64,000 nt of DNA from Minisyncoccota bacterium (GCA_031972295.1 DALYEZ010000001.1:57759-121758); one strand, 5' to 3'. Shown: positions 1-10,246, numbered from the stretch's first letter. The notes: generated from the sequence alone by a model not told the origin. Numbers and translations are program-made.

Positions 1-369
1 GCAGACAAATCAAAAATTCTTTTGGTAAAAAATATAACTGTTAAGGATTTTCATTTACCAGGAGGTGGTATAGACGGACAAGAAACCCCTGAAACTGCGG
101 TCATTCGAGAGGTCAAAGAAGAGCTCGGCATAAACACAACCATTCTCTACAAACTTGGAAGATATCTGTACCAAGGAACAAACAAGTATGTTGATATTTT
201 TGTCACTCAAACTGAATCAGAAGAATTTTTTATGCAGTGGGAACTTGACGCGGCGGAATGGTTTTCTATTAAGAGTCTCCCAATTTTACGCAAAACAACA
301 AAGCAGGCAATTCGTGACTTTCTAGCCCAAAATCAACCAGTCACAGGAGTCTGGGGATTAGAAGATTGA
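1..369 (+). CDS. NUDIX hydrolase, 5'-partial (frame is open to the window edge)
   Basis: Nudix box GGGIDGQETPETAVIREVKEELGI (Gx5Ex7REUxEExGU); frame open from nt 1. Confidence 0.7.
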   Translation, partial: ADKSKILLVKNITVKDFHLPGGGIDGQETPETAVIREVKEELGINTTILYKLGRYLYQGTNKYVDIFVTQTESEEFFMQWELDAAEWFSIKSLPILRKTTKQAIRDFLAQNQPVTGVWGLED

Positions 370-431
370 CAAAGCAATGCGTTTTGTTGTTTAATAGAAG
401 GACCCTATTCTCTTAGAGGAGGATTTGTATC

Positions 432-764
432 ATGTTGGCTGAAACGCTAATAGAAAAACAGTTTCGAGTAATGCCTGCTGGGTTAGGGCCGCATGGCGAG
501 CAAAAGGTAGTGGTGCTATGTGATGAACCAGTGGAATCATGGGTATTCACACTCAAAGGAACCGGGGTGTATTTGTTGCAAGGAAACGGTGCTACTACCC
601 AATTCCAGAGAGCAAAAGCGCTAGCTGAAGGAAAACTTCATGAAATGGCTCGTTCTGAGCGAGGAATCGTGAAGTCTGGCGCAAAAAACGTCACTTCAAT
701 CACCTCGCGATTTGCCAGAGGTCATGTAGGCCCAGATCGGGCGACGGAAATCTTCAATAAATAA
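432..764 (+). CDS. hypothetical protein
   Basis: 110-aa ORF with upstream GGAGG; no family recognised. Confidence 0.35.
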   Translation: MLAETLIEKQFRVMPAGLGPHGEQKVVVLCDEPVESWVFTLKGTGVYLLQGNGATTQFQRAKALAEGKLHEMARSERGIVKSGAKNVTSITSRFARGHVGPDRATEIFNK

Positions 765-794
765 CAGGAAGTAGCTATGACACAAGAGTCCTAC

Positions 795-838
795 TGACCC
801 CGAACGCTAGGTTGCGTCGGGGTCATTACTTTTTATAT
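795..838 (+). terminator. intrinsic terminator hairpin (gaccccg...cggggtc) plus T-run
   Basis: GC stem followed by ttacttttt, seen in sequence. Confidence 0.4.
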
Positions 839-851
839 TTAATCTATTTTG

Positions 852-857
852 TATACT
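852..857 (+). promoter_or_regulatory. -10-like TATACT 6 nt upstream of the alr ATG (leaderless-type start)
   Basis: no SD; the same geometry recurs at other genes. Confidence 0.3.
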
Positions 858-863
858 GAGAGC

Positions 864-1985
864 ATGAAAATACCCGCGGCATCATGGCTAGAGATTTCCC
901 AATCGGCTCTCACTCACAACTTTACACAATTCAAGAAAAATCTTTCACCAAAGACAAAGATTCTTTGTGTGATTAAAGGGAATGCCTATGGCCATGATTT
1001 AAAAACAATTCTTTCTGTACTAAAAAAAGAACATTCTGATTTTTATGGAGTATTTGATATACAAGACGCTCTCACTATTCGTGCCACAGACCAGAAAACT
1101 TCTATTTTAGTTTTATGTCCAACCACACCAGAATTCATACCACTCGCACTCAAACATAATCTTTCTCTATCAATTACATCAAATGAAACTCTTGCCAAGA
1201 TTACCCACAAAAAACTTTCAAAGCCTCTCAAAATTCATCTTTGCATTGAAACAGGGCTCGGGCGTGACGGTATTCCAAATCAAGAAATTTCTCGAACACT
1301 CGCCCTCATTCACAACAAAAAGAACGTCGTGATTGAAGGTCTATACACCCACTTTTCAGGCGCTGAGAGTAGAACATTTGATCAATTAACTCGATTACAG
1401 ACAAGCAGACTTATTGAATGGGAATCAGCACTCCATAATTTCGGAATCAAACCAATTACACACGCATCTGGTACAGCTGGAAGTTTGCTTGGAGACACCT
1501 TCAAACTTGATATGTGTCGCGTAGGCCTCGGACTCTACGGATTATGGCCAAGCGAAGAAACAAAACTTACCGCTAAAAAAGTCACCCTCAAGCCAGTGCT
1601 TTCTTGGAAAACAAAAATAGTTGATATAAAAGTATTGCCAAAAAATCACGGTATTGGATATGACGCGTCATTTATTACAAACAGAGACACAAAAATTGCA
1701 GTCGTACCTGTAGGCTATTACGATGGTATTCCGCGAAGCGCATCGAATAAGGGCTGGATGCTTGTAAAAGGGAAGCGTGTGCCTCTGAGAGGAAAAGTAA
1801 TGATGAATATGTGTGTACTTGATATTACCGACCTGGATGTAGAAGTAGAGGATGAGGTGGTTATCATAGGAAGACAGCTAAAAAACAATATCTCAGTTGA
1901 AGATTGGGCAAATTATTCTGGGACAATAAATTACGAAATAGTAACAAAAATAAACCCTCTTTTGTTAAGAATATTTGCTAAATAA
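864..1985 (+). CDS. alr: alanine racemase
   Basis: PLP-lysine motif VIKGNAYGHD; length and N-terminus typical of Alr; ATG 864 preferred over the upstream TTG. Confidence 0.85.
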   Translation: MKIPAASWLEISQSALTHNFTQFKKNLSPKTKILCVIKGNAYGHDLKTILSVLKKEHSDFYGVFDIQDALTIRATDQKTSILVLCPTTPEFIPLALKHNLSLSITSNETLAKITHKKLSKPLKIHLCIETGLGRDGIPNQEISRTLALIHNKKNVVIEGLYTHFSGAESRTFDQLTRLQTSRLIEWESALHNFGIKPITHASGTAGSLLGDTFKLDMCRVGLGLYGLWPSEETKLTAKKVTLKPVLSWKTKIVDIKVLPKNHGIGYDASFITNRDTKIAVVPVGYYDGIPRSASNKGWMLVKGKRVPLRGKVMMNMCVLDITDLDVEVEDEVVIIGRQLKNNISVEDWANYSGTINYEIVTKINPLLLRIFAK

Positions 1986-2042
1986 GATTTATCGTGTTAT
2001 TATGCTCCCAACCAAGAACATTCATTCCTTGAGGAGGCTTCC

Positions 2043-2300
2043 ATGTCTGAGCAAGAAGAGAGATACTTCATTTTCACAAAAGGGCAATATACGGCTATAT
2101 ACGGAGAAGTTTTGAGGTTCTTACGAAGTGCACATCCTTTTCTGGCAACAGAAAGCGTAGTGTCTGACAAATCTGGGCAAGCTATGCAATACATTCGTAG
2201 CAAAGTTAGCCCAGAAAAAAGGCGTGCCGAGGAAGGTGTGTTTTTGAATAAAGAAGAAGAGGGATTCTTACAAGATTTCCTCGCTTCAGAAATGTGTTAA
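2043..2300 (+). CDS. hypothetical protein
   Basis: 85-aa ORF with GAGGAGG SD. Confidence 0.35.
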   Translation: MSEQEERYFIFTKGQYTAIYGEVLRFLRSAHPFLATESVVSDKSGQAMQYIRSKVSPEKRRAEEGVFLNKEEEGFLQDFLASEMC

Positions 2301-2316
2301 AAATATCCAAGAAACA

Positions 2317-2369
2317 AAACCCCATAAGCCTCCGACGCAAAGTGCGCTGGATGCTTATGGGGTTTCTTT
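2317..2369 (+). terminator. hairpin aaaaccccataagc/gcttatggggttt with T-run
   Basis: 13-bp stem seen in sequence. Confidence 0.4.
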
Positions 2370-2385
2370 GTTGTATAATAGCCCC

Positions 2386-3021
2386 ATGGTAATCACATAT
2401 CACGGAAAGCAATTCTTTAAGGTCCAGTTTGGGGACACTATTTTTGCTTTTAATCCAATCTCTAAAGACTACAAATCGCTAAGTGGTAAAAGCACTCGTT
2501 TTGGAGCCTCTGTAGCACTCATCACAACAGACTTACCTGAATGCAATGGTGCAGAGCAGGTTGCTTATGCCGGAAAGGACCCCTTTGTTATCACAGGGCC
2601 AGGAGAATATGAAGTAGGTGGGAACTTTATCAAAGGCATCTACGGCGAAACAACTGTAGGTAAAGAAAAGAAAGTGAATACAGCATATGTAACCACAATT
2701 GATAATATTAAAATTGCATTCCTAGGATTTTCATCTGGCAAATTAACAGGGGATGTGAAAGAGCTCGCAGATCAGGTGGATATTCTTTTCGTCCCCGTAG
2801 GCGAGGAAACAGACGGACAAATGAATTACCACGATGCGCATGCGGCAGTTGTTGCACTTGAACCAAAACTTATCATCCCTATGGGCTACAACGAAAAAAC
2901 GCTCCCACTTTTCTTAAAAGAAGCTGGTGTTAAGCAGCTCGAAGCAGTTGAAAAGCTCACCCTCAAGCGAAAAGATTTGGACGGAAAAAGTGGTGAAATC
3001 ATTATCTTAAGCGAAGAATAG
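2386..3021 (+). CDS. MBL-fold metal-dependent hydrolase (UPF0173-like)
   Basis: MVITYHGKQFFKV N-terminus like M-I-W-GHS-F of UPF0173; beta-lactamase fold pattern; TATAAT 6 nt upstream of ATG. Confidence 0.6.
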   Translation: MVITYHGKQFFKVQFGDTIFAFNPISKDYKSLSGKSTRFGASVALITTDLPECNGAEQVAYAGKDPFVITGPGEYEVGGNFIKGIYGETTVGKEKKVNTAYVTTIDNIKIAFLGFSSGKLTGDVKELADQVDILFVPVGEETDGQMNYHDAHAAVVALEPKLIIPMGYNEKTLPLFLKEAGVKQLEAVEKLTLKRKDLDGKSGEIIILSEE

Positions 3022-3032
3022 AGCATCTTTCT

Positions 3033-3347
3033 ATGCGCCTCCTTACAGCACTCCGGCGACTAGAGAATCAAAAAAAGGATCTTTTTATTCTGGTAACGAC
3101 TTGTCTACTCACGGCATGTATCGTTATTTTCGGTTTTTTTTATACAAAGCCTTCTTTCTTTTACTCACAAAAAGAGGGGGCTGAGAACACACAAACCACC
3201 AGCACATTTACCTCTTTTCTTAGTGATGCAAAGGCGACCATGTCACCTGCATTTTCAAATATAAAAGAAGGGGTTAGTAGTGTATCTGAAGGCTATAAAA
3301 ACAGTAGTTTTAAAGATTTCTTTGTTCCAAAAAAAGATCAAAACTGA
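3033..3347 (+). CDS. hypothetical membrane protein
   Basis: N-terminal TM helix. Confidence 0.35.
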   Translation: MRLLTALRRLENQKKDLFILVTTCLLTACIVIFGFFYTKPSFFYSQKEGAENTQTTSTFTSFLSDAKATMSPAFSNIKEGVSSVSEGYKNSSFKDFFVPKKDQN

Positions 3348-3364
3348 TATACTAGTAAGCATCT

Positions 3365-5833
3365 ATGGCACGAAAGAACGAACCAGAAAGCGAAAGTGGA
3401 GTTGTCCGTCTTGGAAACGAGATCATACCGGCAGATATCGCGGGAGAAATGCGTACCGCCTACCTTGACTACGCGATGAGTGTCATTACCTCACGTGCTC
3501 TTCCTGATGCTCGTGATGGATTAAAACCAGTGCATCGCCGTATTCTCTTTTCAATGTATGAAAATGGACTCACTCCAACTGCAAAGTTTCGAAAATCAGC
3601 AACAGTAGTCGGAGATGTGCTTGGTAGCTACCACCCTCACGGTGACGCTTCCGTGTACGACGCGATGGTGAAAATGGCACAAGACTTTTCATTCCGTTAC
3701 CCGCTCGTTCTTGGACAAGGTAACTTCGGATCAATCGACGGTGACAATGCCGCCGCGTATCGTTATACCGAAGCAAAAATGTCTCGAATTTCAACAGAAA
3801 TTTTACGAGATATTAACAAAGAAACAGTTGATTTTGTTTCAAACTACGATGGACGTAAAAAAGAACCGACCGTACTTCCAACAGCAGTTCCAAACCTTCT
3901 CTTAAACGGTACCTTAGGTATTGCGGTTGGAATGGCGACCAACATTCCTCCTCATAATTTAGGAGAAGTTGTTGATGCGTCTATCTATCTTCTTGAAAAC
4001 GATGACGCAACTACAGAAGACCTATTACAATTTGTAAAAGGGCCAGACTTTCCAACAGGAGGTGTTGCTTTTGGTCAAAACGATATCGCGCGCGCCTATG
4101 CCACAGGGCGAGGTGGTGTTGTATGTCGTGGTGAGGCAGAAGTGGTGGAACAAAAAGGTGAGCAATACCAAATTATCATCACCTCACTTCCATACCGTGT
4201 TGTAAAAACAAATCTTATCGAAAGCATTGCTGACCTCGTGCGTGACAAAAAAATTGAAGGTATCCGCGCGCTTCGTGATGAATCTACAAAAGATATCCGT
4301 ATTGTTGTTGAACTTAAAAATGGCACAAATCCTCAGAGTATTTTAAATTATCTCTATCGACATACTGAGCTTGAAACAACGTTCCACTTTAACTGCGTAG
4401 CGCTTGTTGAAGGTATTCCGCAAACACTTTCGCTCAAAAACTTTCTATCAGAATTTACTAAGCACCGCAAAGAAGTTGTCCGTAGACGCACAGAATATGA
4501 CCTCCGGAAGGCTGAAGAGCGCGAGCATATTTTACTTGGGCTTAAAAAAGCACTTGATCATATTGATGAAATAATCAAGCTCATTAAAGCTTCTAAAGAC
4601 ACTCCTACTGCGCATAAAAATTTAATAGATAAGTTTAAATTTAGTGCCATTCAAGCAACGGCAATTCTTGAAATGAAACTCCAGAAACTTGCTGGACTCG
4701 AACGTAAAAAAATTGAAGACGAACTCGCAGAGGTTCAAGATTTAATTGCCGAACTTAAAAGTATTCTTTCAAACATAAAGAAGATGGTAAAAATTATCAT
4801 CGATGAACTTCGTGATATTAAAGAAAAGTACGGAGATGAGCGACGAACAAAGATTGTTAAGGGTGCAGTCGCAAATCTTTCACAAGAAGACTTTATTGCA
4901 GATGATGAGCACGTGCTTGTATACACTTCGGGAGGCTATGTAAAAAGAACTGACCCTGCTGAATTCCGCATGCAAAATCGTGGCGGAGTTGGTGTTGTTG
5001 ACCTTGACGCTAAAGAAGAAGACTTCATTACTCACATTCTTACCGCCTCAGCCCACAGCGATCTTCTCTTCTTTACTGATCGCGGAAAGGCATACCAACT
5101 TAAAATGTACGACATTCCTGAAGGCAAACGTGCAACTCGTGGTAAGTCAATCATGAACTTTTTGCAGATTCAAGCAAACGAAAAAGTAACATCTATTCTT
5201 GTCATGCCAAAAGGTACAAAGCAAAAATCTCTTGCGCTCATGATGGTTACTAAAAATGGTACAGCTAAGAAATCTTCAGCTGATAGTTTTAGAGACGTGC
5301 GCCGTAGTGGTATCATCGCTATTCGTCTTGACCCAGGAGACGAACTTCTTTCAGCACTTTTTGTAGAGAAAGGTGATGAAGTAATTCTAGCAACTTCTGA
5401 TGGACAATCTATTCGTTTTAAAGAAAGTGATATTCGAGAAATGGGTCGCGCGGCCGGAGGTGTACGTGGTATGGCAATTGATAAAGGTGACTACCTGGTA
5501 AACGCAGACGTTATCCGGAAAGATATGAAGAATCCAGAATTCTTGGTTATGACCGCAACAGGTAACGGAAAGAAAACGCCACTTGATGAATACAAAACAC
5601 AAAAAAGAGGTGGTAGCGGTATTAAAACAGTAAACGTAACTGCAAAAACAGGACGCCTTGTTATTGGGCGAGTTATTACGGACGATCACACAGAGCTCAT
5701 TGCTATTTCAAAACGAAGTCAGGTGATAAAAGTGGATACAAAAGCTATCCCATCACTTGGAAGAAGCACACAAGGTGTTAAAATTATGAAACCACGAGAA
5801 GGTGACTCCATTGCATCCCTCACACTTCTTTAA
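3365..5833 (+). CDS. gyrA: DNA gyrase subunit A
   Basis: [26 protein letters not shown] signature; catalytic Tyr region; 822 aa. Confidence 0.95.
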   Translation: MARKNEPESESGVVRLGNEIIPADIAGEMRTAYLDYAMSVITSRALPDARDGLKPVHRRILFSMYENGLTPTAKFRKSATVVGDVLGSYHPHGDASVYDAMVKMAQDFSFRYPLVLGQGNFGSIDGDNAAAYRYTEAKMSRISTEILRDINKETVDFVSNYDGRKKEPTVLPTAVPNLLLNGTLGIAVGMATNIPPHNLGEVVDASIYLLENDDATTEDLLQFVKGPDFPTGGVAFGQNDIARAYATGRGGVVCRGEAEVVEQKGEQYQIIITSLPYRVVKTNLIESIADLVRDKKIEGIRALRDESTKDIRIVVELKNGTNPQSILNYLYRHTELETTFHFNCVALVEGIPQTLSLKNFLSEFTKHRKEVVRRRTEYDLRKAEEREHILLGLKKALDHIDEIIKLIKASKDTPTAHKNLIDKFKFSAIQATAILEMKLQKLAGLERKKIEDELAEVQDLIAELKSILSNIKKMVKIIIDELRDIKEKYGDERRTKIVKGAVANLSQEDFIADDEHVLVYTSGGYVKRTDPAEFRMQNRGGVGVVDLDAKEEDFITHILTASAHSDLLFFTDRGKAYQLKMYDIPEGKRATRGKSIMNFLQIQANEKVTSILVMPKGTKQKSLALMMVTKNGTAKKSSADSFRDVRRSGIIAIRLDPGDELLSALFVEKGDEVILATSDGQSIRFKESDIREMGRAAGGVRGMAIDKGDYLVNADVIRKDMKNPEFLVMTATGNGKKTPLDEYKTQKRGGSGIKTVNVTAKTGRLVIGRVITDDHTELIAISKRSQVIKVDTKAIPSLGRSTQGVKIMKPREGDSIASLTLL

Positions 5834-5839
5834 ACAAAC

Positions 5840-6373
5840 ATGAACTTCACAAATCCTACAATTCACATAGACGCTCTCGGTCTTAATCCAGGCGATGTAG
5901 TTGTAGACCTTGGAGCAGGAAGTGGTGCATATGCAAAAGTTGCAGCCAGAGCCGTGACAGCACGAGGTACTGTCTACGCAGTTGATCTCAATCGCGATCT
6001 TCTCACCCGACTCAAGAAAGACGCGACAGACGAACAGTTCCTTAATATCGATACTGTTTGGGGTGACATTGAACGAGAAAATGGCGTACAACTTACCTCA
6101 CACATTGCAGATGCAATTTTACTTTGCAATACGCTTTTCATGGTGGAAAACAAGCAGGGACTGTTACAAGAAATAAAACGTATTCTAAAACCAAAAGGAA
6201 AAGTACTCATTGTTGAATGGAGTGATTCTCATGGGGGAGTTGGCCCACACAAAGATCATGTTTTCAGTGAAGTAGAAGCAAAAAACCTTTTTAGTGCCGA
6301 CGGATTCACTATCTCTCACGCAAGCGACGACGCATCGTACCATTATCGATTTGTCGCAACAAACAATATATGA
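5840..6373 (+). CDS. class I SAM-dependent methyltransferase
   Basis: VVDLGAGSGAYA glycine-rich motif I. Confidence 0.6.
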   Translation: MNFTNPTIHIDALGLNPGDVVVDLGAGSGAYAKVAARAVTARGTVYAVDLNRDLLTRLKKDATDEQFLNIDTVWGDIERENGVQLTSHIADAILLCNTLFMVENKQGLLQEIKRILKPKGKVLIVEWSDSHGGVGPHKDHVFSEVEAKNLFSADGFTISHASDDASYHYRFVATNNI

Positions 6374-7692
6374 AAATGTCACCATTTCAACTTGTCATCG
6401 TTGGTTTATTTGGGCTCGCTGCGCTTGGAGCTGTCGGAGTCCTTTCAGGTGTCATAAAACTCCCTCAATCAGCAAATGAAAATCTTTCAGGGAGTGTCAC
6501 TATGTGGGGTACTATTGATGCAAAGGCTTTTCAATTTACTGAAAACTTTCTTCAGTCACAAAACAAAAATATCTCTTTCAAGTACGTACAAAAACCACAG
6601 GCAAATTTTGAGTCAGTCTTAAGCGAAGCAATCGCCTCTGGAAGAGGTCCTGACCTTATTCTTATCTCACAAGAACAAATTTTAAGAAATAAATCAAAGT
6701 TAGTACTACAAAAACTCGATGCAGATACAACACTTGCGTACAAAAACGCATACATAAACGGCGCTGAACTTTTCCTTACCGAAGAAGGGCTTACGGCACT
6801 TCCATTTGGTGTCAATCCACTTGTGATGTATTACAATGATCGACTTTTAACTTCTGCTGGCTTCTCAAAGCCACCACAGTATTGGGATGAAATGGAAACA
6901 TATGTAGACGCTCTCACTGTAAAAAACGACGACAAAGACATTCGTCAGTCTGCCATAGCTCTTGGTACTTTTGAAAACCTAGAATATCCGCTGGACATAG
7001 TGAGTGCACTCATTCTTCAGACAGGAAATAAAATTGTCGAAGGAAAAACAACCTATGACAATACAGACAACGCTCGCACAACCTATCAATCATACCTCGC
7101 AACAAATACATCAAACCAGGTTGTTGAATTTTTTAATGCCTTCTCAAATCCCCAAAAGAAACTCTATTCATGGAACAAGTCACTTCCTGACGATCTAAAT
7201 GCGTTCACATCAGAACTCATCACTTTCTGGTTTGGATATCCCACAGACGAAGCTCGTATCGAAGCAAAAAACCAAAATCTCAATTATAAAGTAACTTCAA
7301 TTCCTCAAATTAGAAATTCAAAGAATCGTCTTACCTATGGGAAAATATATGGTATTGGGATTCTAAAGTCGTCGCCAAACAAATCTGCAGCAAGCTTTAT
7401 TGCCCAAGAACTTACACGTAATGAAGCTCAAAAAGTAACACTCGAAGATGGGGGATTGCAATACCCATACCGTACAACTCCAACAGGTACCACCAAAAAC
7501 GACGTATCTGCATTGTTTGCTCGCCAAGCGATACAAGTTGTTGGCTATTACATGCCATCATTTGACTTCACCTACGCACTTTTTAATAGTACGTTGAGTC
7601 AAATAGCCTCCGGTGCACTTGATACAGATAGAGGGGTTCAAAGAATAGAAGCTGAATTGAACAATTACATTAGTAAAAATCAATTAAACTAA
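6370..7692 (+). CDS. membrane-anchored extracellular solute-binding-protein-like protein
   Basis: N-terminal TM then SBP-like pattern (WDE, NPLVMYYN). Confidence 0.4.
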   Translation: MKMSPFQLVIVGLFGLAALGAVGVLSGVIKLPQSANENLSGSVTMWGTIDAKAFQFTENFLQSQNKNISFKYVQKPQANFESVLSEAIASGRGPDLILISQEQILRNKSKLVLQKLDADTTLAYKNAYINGAELFLTEEGLTALPFGVNPLVMYYNDRLLTSAGFSKPPQYWDEMETYVDALTVKNDDKDIRQSAIALGTFENLEYPLDIVSALILQTGNKIVEGKTTYDNTDNARTTYQSYLATNTSNQVVEFFNAFSNPQKKLYSWNKSLPDDLNAFTSELITFWFGYPTDEARIEAKNQNLNYKVTSIPQIRNSKNRLTYGKIYGIGILKSSPNKSAASFIAQELTRNEAQKVTLEDGGLQYPYRTTPTGTTKNDVSALFARQAIQVVGYYMPSFDFTYALFNSTLSQIASGALDTDRGVQRIEAELNNYISKNQLN

Positions 7693-7694
7693 CC

Positions 7695-7801
7695 ATGAAA
7701 AAAACTCTCGCAACATTCTTTCTTCTTTCTGCTTTCACGGTAATTGCGTTTGCTCAACAACCAAGCACAGGCAATGAAGGTGCGCCAAGTACGGGGAATG
7801 A
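7695..7801 (+). repeat. 107-bp direct repeat copy A (5' end of paralog 1)
   Basis: identical to 8185-8291 apart from one c/t mismatch. Confidence 0.9.
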
Positions 7802-8183
7802 GAAGCCTGCATATTGTGCCACTATAGATAGGTCAGAGTTGGAAACATCTATTGTTCCTTGTGGAAGACAAGTTCATATTTGTTATAGTCCAGAAAATGC
7901 ACAATGTGAGTTTAAACATCTATTCATTTTAGTTAACAATATGGCACGAAACTTCATCGTAGTCGTATTTGCACCATTACTCACAATTGTCCTTATGTAC
8001 ATTGGATTTCTATTCATAAAAGATCAAGCAGGGGCTAAGGTAAAAGCAAAAGCTCTCCTTTTGCGAGTTCTTATTGGTACATTCTTTGTACTTGGAGCGT
8101 GGCTTGTAGTAAACTTTATCTTAAGTGCCTTAAATGTAGATACAGAGGTCAAAAAACCACTTCAAGGTAACAACACAAACTAA
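7695..8183 (+). CDS. VirB2/TrbC-like two-helix secreted membrane protein, paralog 1 (with Cys-rich insert)
   Basis: Sec signal AFA/QQ; two hydrophobic helices separated by a charged loop; 4-Cys insert. Confidence 0.45.
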   Translation: MKKTLATFFLLSAFTVIAFAQQPSTGNEGAPSTGNEKPAYCATIDRSELETSIVPCGRQVHICYSPENAQCEFKHLFILVNNMARNFIVVVFAPLLTIVLMYIGFLFIKDQAGAKVKAKALLLRVLIGTFFVLGAWLVVNFILSALNVDTEVKKPLQGNNTN

Positions 8184-8184
8184 C

Positions 8185-8291
8185 ATGAAAAAAACTCTTG
8201 CAACATTCTTTCTTCTTTCTGCTTTCACGGTAATTGCGTTTGCTCAACAACCAAGCACAGGCAATGAAGGTGCGCCAAGTACGGGGAATGA
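8185..8291 (+). repeat. 107-bp direct repeat copy B (5' end of paralog 2)
   Basis: see copy A. Confidence 0.9.
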
Positions 8292-8568
8292 CAGCATCTC
8301 TATTGTAAACCCAATAGGCCCAGACAATATCCAGGATCTTCTCGCCACTATTTTAAGTGCTATTGTACAAATCGCAATTCCATTTCTTGTACTCGCGATA
8401 ATGTATGTTGGATTTCTTTTTGTGGTTGCTCGAGGTAATCCAGAAAAGCTCGCTCAAGCAAGACAAGCTCTTTTCTACACACTTTTAGGCGCACTCATTA
8501 TTCTTGGAGCTCAAACTCTCTCAGTTATTTTAAGCGGTACCATTAACCAACTTACGAATCAAAATTAG
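8185..8568 (+). CDS. VirB2/TrbC-like pilin-type protein, paralog 2
   Basis: signal peptide identical to paralog 1; helix1-RGNPEKLAQARQ-helix2. Confidence 0.45.
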   Translation: MKKTLATFFLLSAFTVIAFAQQPSTGNEGAPSTGNDSISIVNPIGPDNIQDLLATILSAIVQIAIPFLVLAIMYVGFLFVVARGNPEKLAQARQALFYTLLGALIILGAQTLSVILSGTINQLTNQN

Positions 8569-8576
8569 AAACATTT

Positions 8577-9038
8577 ATGAAATATCTTTTTTCTCTTTCA
8601 TTATTTGCGCTCCCTCTGGTTGCCCAAGCAGAAATTCGAAACCTTGGAGATGTGCTCGCATGGGTACTCAATATAGTAAATGTTTATTTTATTCCACTTC
8701 TTGTATCTCTCGCTCTTCTTGCATTCTTTTGGCGTAACATTGTGGCGCTGGCAAAAAAAGATGAGCTCGTATCAAAAGCAGAAACAAAATGGTACCTCTT
8801 TTGGGGAATCATTGCTCTTTTTGTAATGGTATCTGTGTGGGGACTTGTGGGTATTTTAGCTGATGCGCTTGGTATCAAAAATGTTGTGCCCCAACTCAAT
8901 ACTGGTGACAATCCTAATGATGTAAACATTCCTGGTTGTGGTGTGCTTGCAGATCCAGAAACCTGTAACCCAGGCGGAGAAGATGGTTCTCCATTTTTTC
9001 CTGTTCCACCAGACTATGGGGGAGGTACGCGCCCATAG
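8577..9038 (+). CDS. VirB2/TrbC-like pilin-type protein, paralog 3
   Basis: signal peptide AQA/EI; two helices plus charged loop; Gly/Pro-rich C-tail. Confidence 0.4.
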   Translation: MKYLFSLSLFALPLVAQAEIRNLGDVLAWVLNIVNVYFIPLLVSLALLAFFWRNIVALAKKDELVSKAETKWYLFWGIIALFVMVSVWGLVGILADALGIKNVVPQLNTGDNPNDVNIPGCGVLADPETCNPGGEDGSPFFPVPPDYGGGTRP

Positions 9039-9106
9039 TTTACTGTGGATAACACTATACTTTTCAAGTTTTTCTTGCGATAATGAAAAGGTACAAAAAT
9101 ATAATT

Positions 9107-9460
9107 ATGAAAAGACTTTTAGCATCAGCTTTTGTGTTCGTTATCCCCGCAATTGCGTTTGGACAACAACGAATCGGATACCTATTTCAGCAGATTCTTA
9201 ACTTTATTGCTGACGTAATTCAGTTTTTAGGCCCAGTTCTTATTTCACTCGCTCTTCTTGCTTTCTTCTACAGTCTTATTCGATACTTGCTCGATAAAGA
9301 CAATACTGCAAGTTCAAAATCATACCTTGGATATTCAATTTTAATTCTCTTTGTAATGGTTTCTATTTGGGGAATTGTTGCTTTCCTTCAGCAAAACCTT
9401 GGTATTGGTGACGGACGAGATCTCTACAATACTCCTGGTGTAAATATCCCGAATCTCTAA
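9107..9460 (+). CDS. VirB2/TrbC-like pilin-type protein, paralog 4
   Basis: MKRLLASAFVFVIPAIAFGQQ signal; same two-helix layout. Confidence 0.4.
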   Translation: MKRLLASAFVFVIPAIAFGQQRIGYLFQQILNFIADVIQFLGPVLISLALLAFFYSLIRYLLDKDNTASSKSYLGYSILILFVMVSIWGIVAFLQQNLGIGDGRDLYNTPGVNIPNL

Positions 9461-9468
9461 ATCTAAAA

Positions 9469-9756
9469 ATGATAGCGTACGGACAAGAAGTTGACGCCTT
9501 TGTTCAAGGGGCAATAGGGAAGTTTGTTGAGATAATCATTAATCCAATTATTATTCTCTTTGCCACCGCATCTCTACTTGTCTTTATTTGGGGAATCATT
9601 GAGTTTTTGGCTCAAGGAAATAACCCAGAAAAAGCATCTACTGGTAAAAGGCATATGTTTTGGGGAATCATCGGACTCTTCATCTTCATTGCTTCTATCG
9701 GCATCCTACGCATCATCTCAAACACAGTAGCTGGTCCACAAATTCTTGGAAATTAA
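9469..9756 (+). CDS. VirB2/TrbC-like pilin-type protein, paralog 5
   Basis: helix1-QGNNPEKASTGKRH-helix2. Confidence 0.4.
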   Translation: MIAYGQEVDAFVQGAIGKFVEIIINPIIILFATASLLVFIWGIIEFLAQGNNPEKASTGKRHMFWGIIGLFIFIASIGILRIISNTVAGPQILGN

Positions 9757-9784
9757 ACTCTTCAAAAATTCTACGGATAAAAAT

Positions 9785-9816
9785 AAAAGGCGATCGCATC
9801 CATGCGTCGCCTTTTT
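9785..9816. terminator. bidirectional intrinsic terminator between convergent genes
   Basis: aaaaggcgatcgcat...atgcgtcgccttttt. Confidence 0.45.
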
Positions 9817-9823
9817 GATTTCC

Positions 9824-10246
9824 TTAGTCTTGGCAAACCCGCCAAGACTCACCTTTTGGGTAGATGCAGTACTCCACCACATCTCCGGGATTTCCACGAA
9901 ACTGAAGCTTGTTCGCCCCAGCTCCGCCAAATAAACCCGAAATCCCATCTTGATAGGTCTTTTCCACCCAACCTTGTTTTTCAGCCCTGAAAAACATACC
10001 TTCAGGGCCCCAGACTGCGATTGTCTGACTTACACTGTGTTCCACCATCTCGCTCCAATTTTCTTGGAGCCTCAGGGTTACCTTTCGGTACACCTTAGGT
10101 ACAGAGATTGTGTGTTGTACTGGGGTTTGCTGGGAAGAAGCTTGTTGCTGTTTTTGTTTCGATGGATCACCCTTTGGTCCCGGAACAAATACCCAAACCA
10201 CCAGTAAAACAAGAATGATCAGAACTCCGATGCCAACCTTGTTCAC
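9824..10246 (-). CDS. hypothetical membrane-anchored protein
   Basis: N-terminal TM; Gln-rich linker; overlaps the SPFH gene by 4 nt. Confidence 0.4.
   Translation of the reverse strand: MNKVGIGVLIILVLLVVWVFVPGPKGDPSKQKQQQASSQQTPVQHTISVPKVYRKVTLRLQENWSEMVEHSVSQTIAVWGPEGMFFRAEKQGWVEKTYQDGISGLFGGAGANKLQFRGNPGDVVEYCIYPKGESWRVCQD

Noticed and set aside
3365-5833. Alternative genetic code (UGA recoding, code 25) as in some CPR lineages
   Set aside because: Long standard-code ORFs (gyrA 822 aa, topA 805 aa, SMC 760 aa) are uninterrupted, so the standard code fits.
1043-6210. Antisense or overlapping ORFs inside alr, gyrA and the methyltransferase (for example 1043..1231-, 3570..3794-, 4096..4326-, 5387..5689-, 5753..6091-, 5974..6210-)
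   Set aside because: They lie fully within strongly supported genes on the opposite strand, lack SDs and have odd composition. Treated as spurious.
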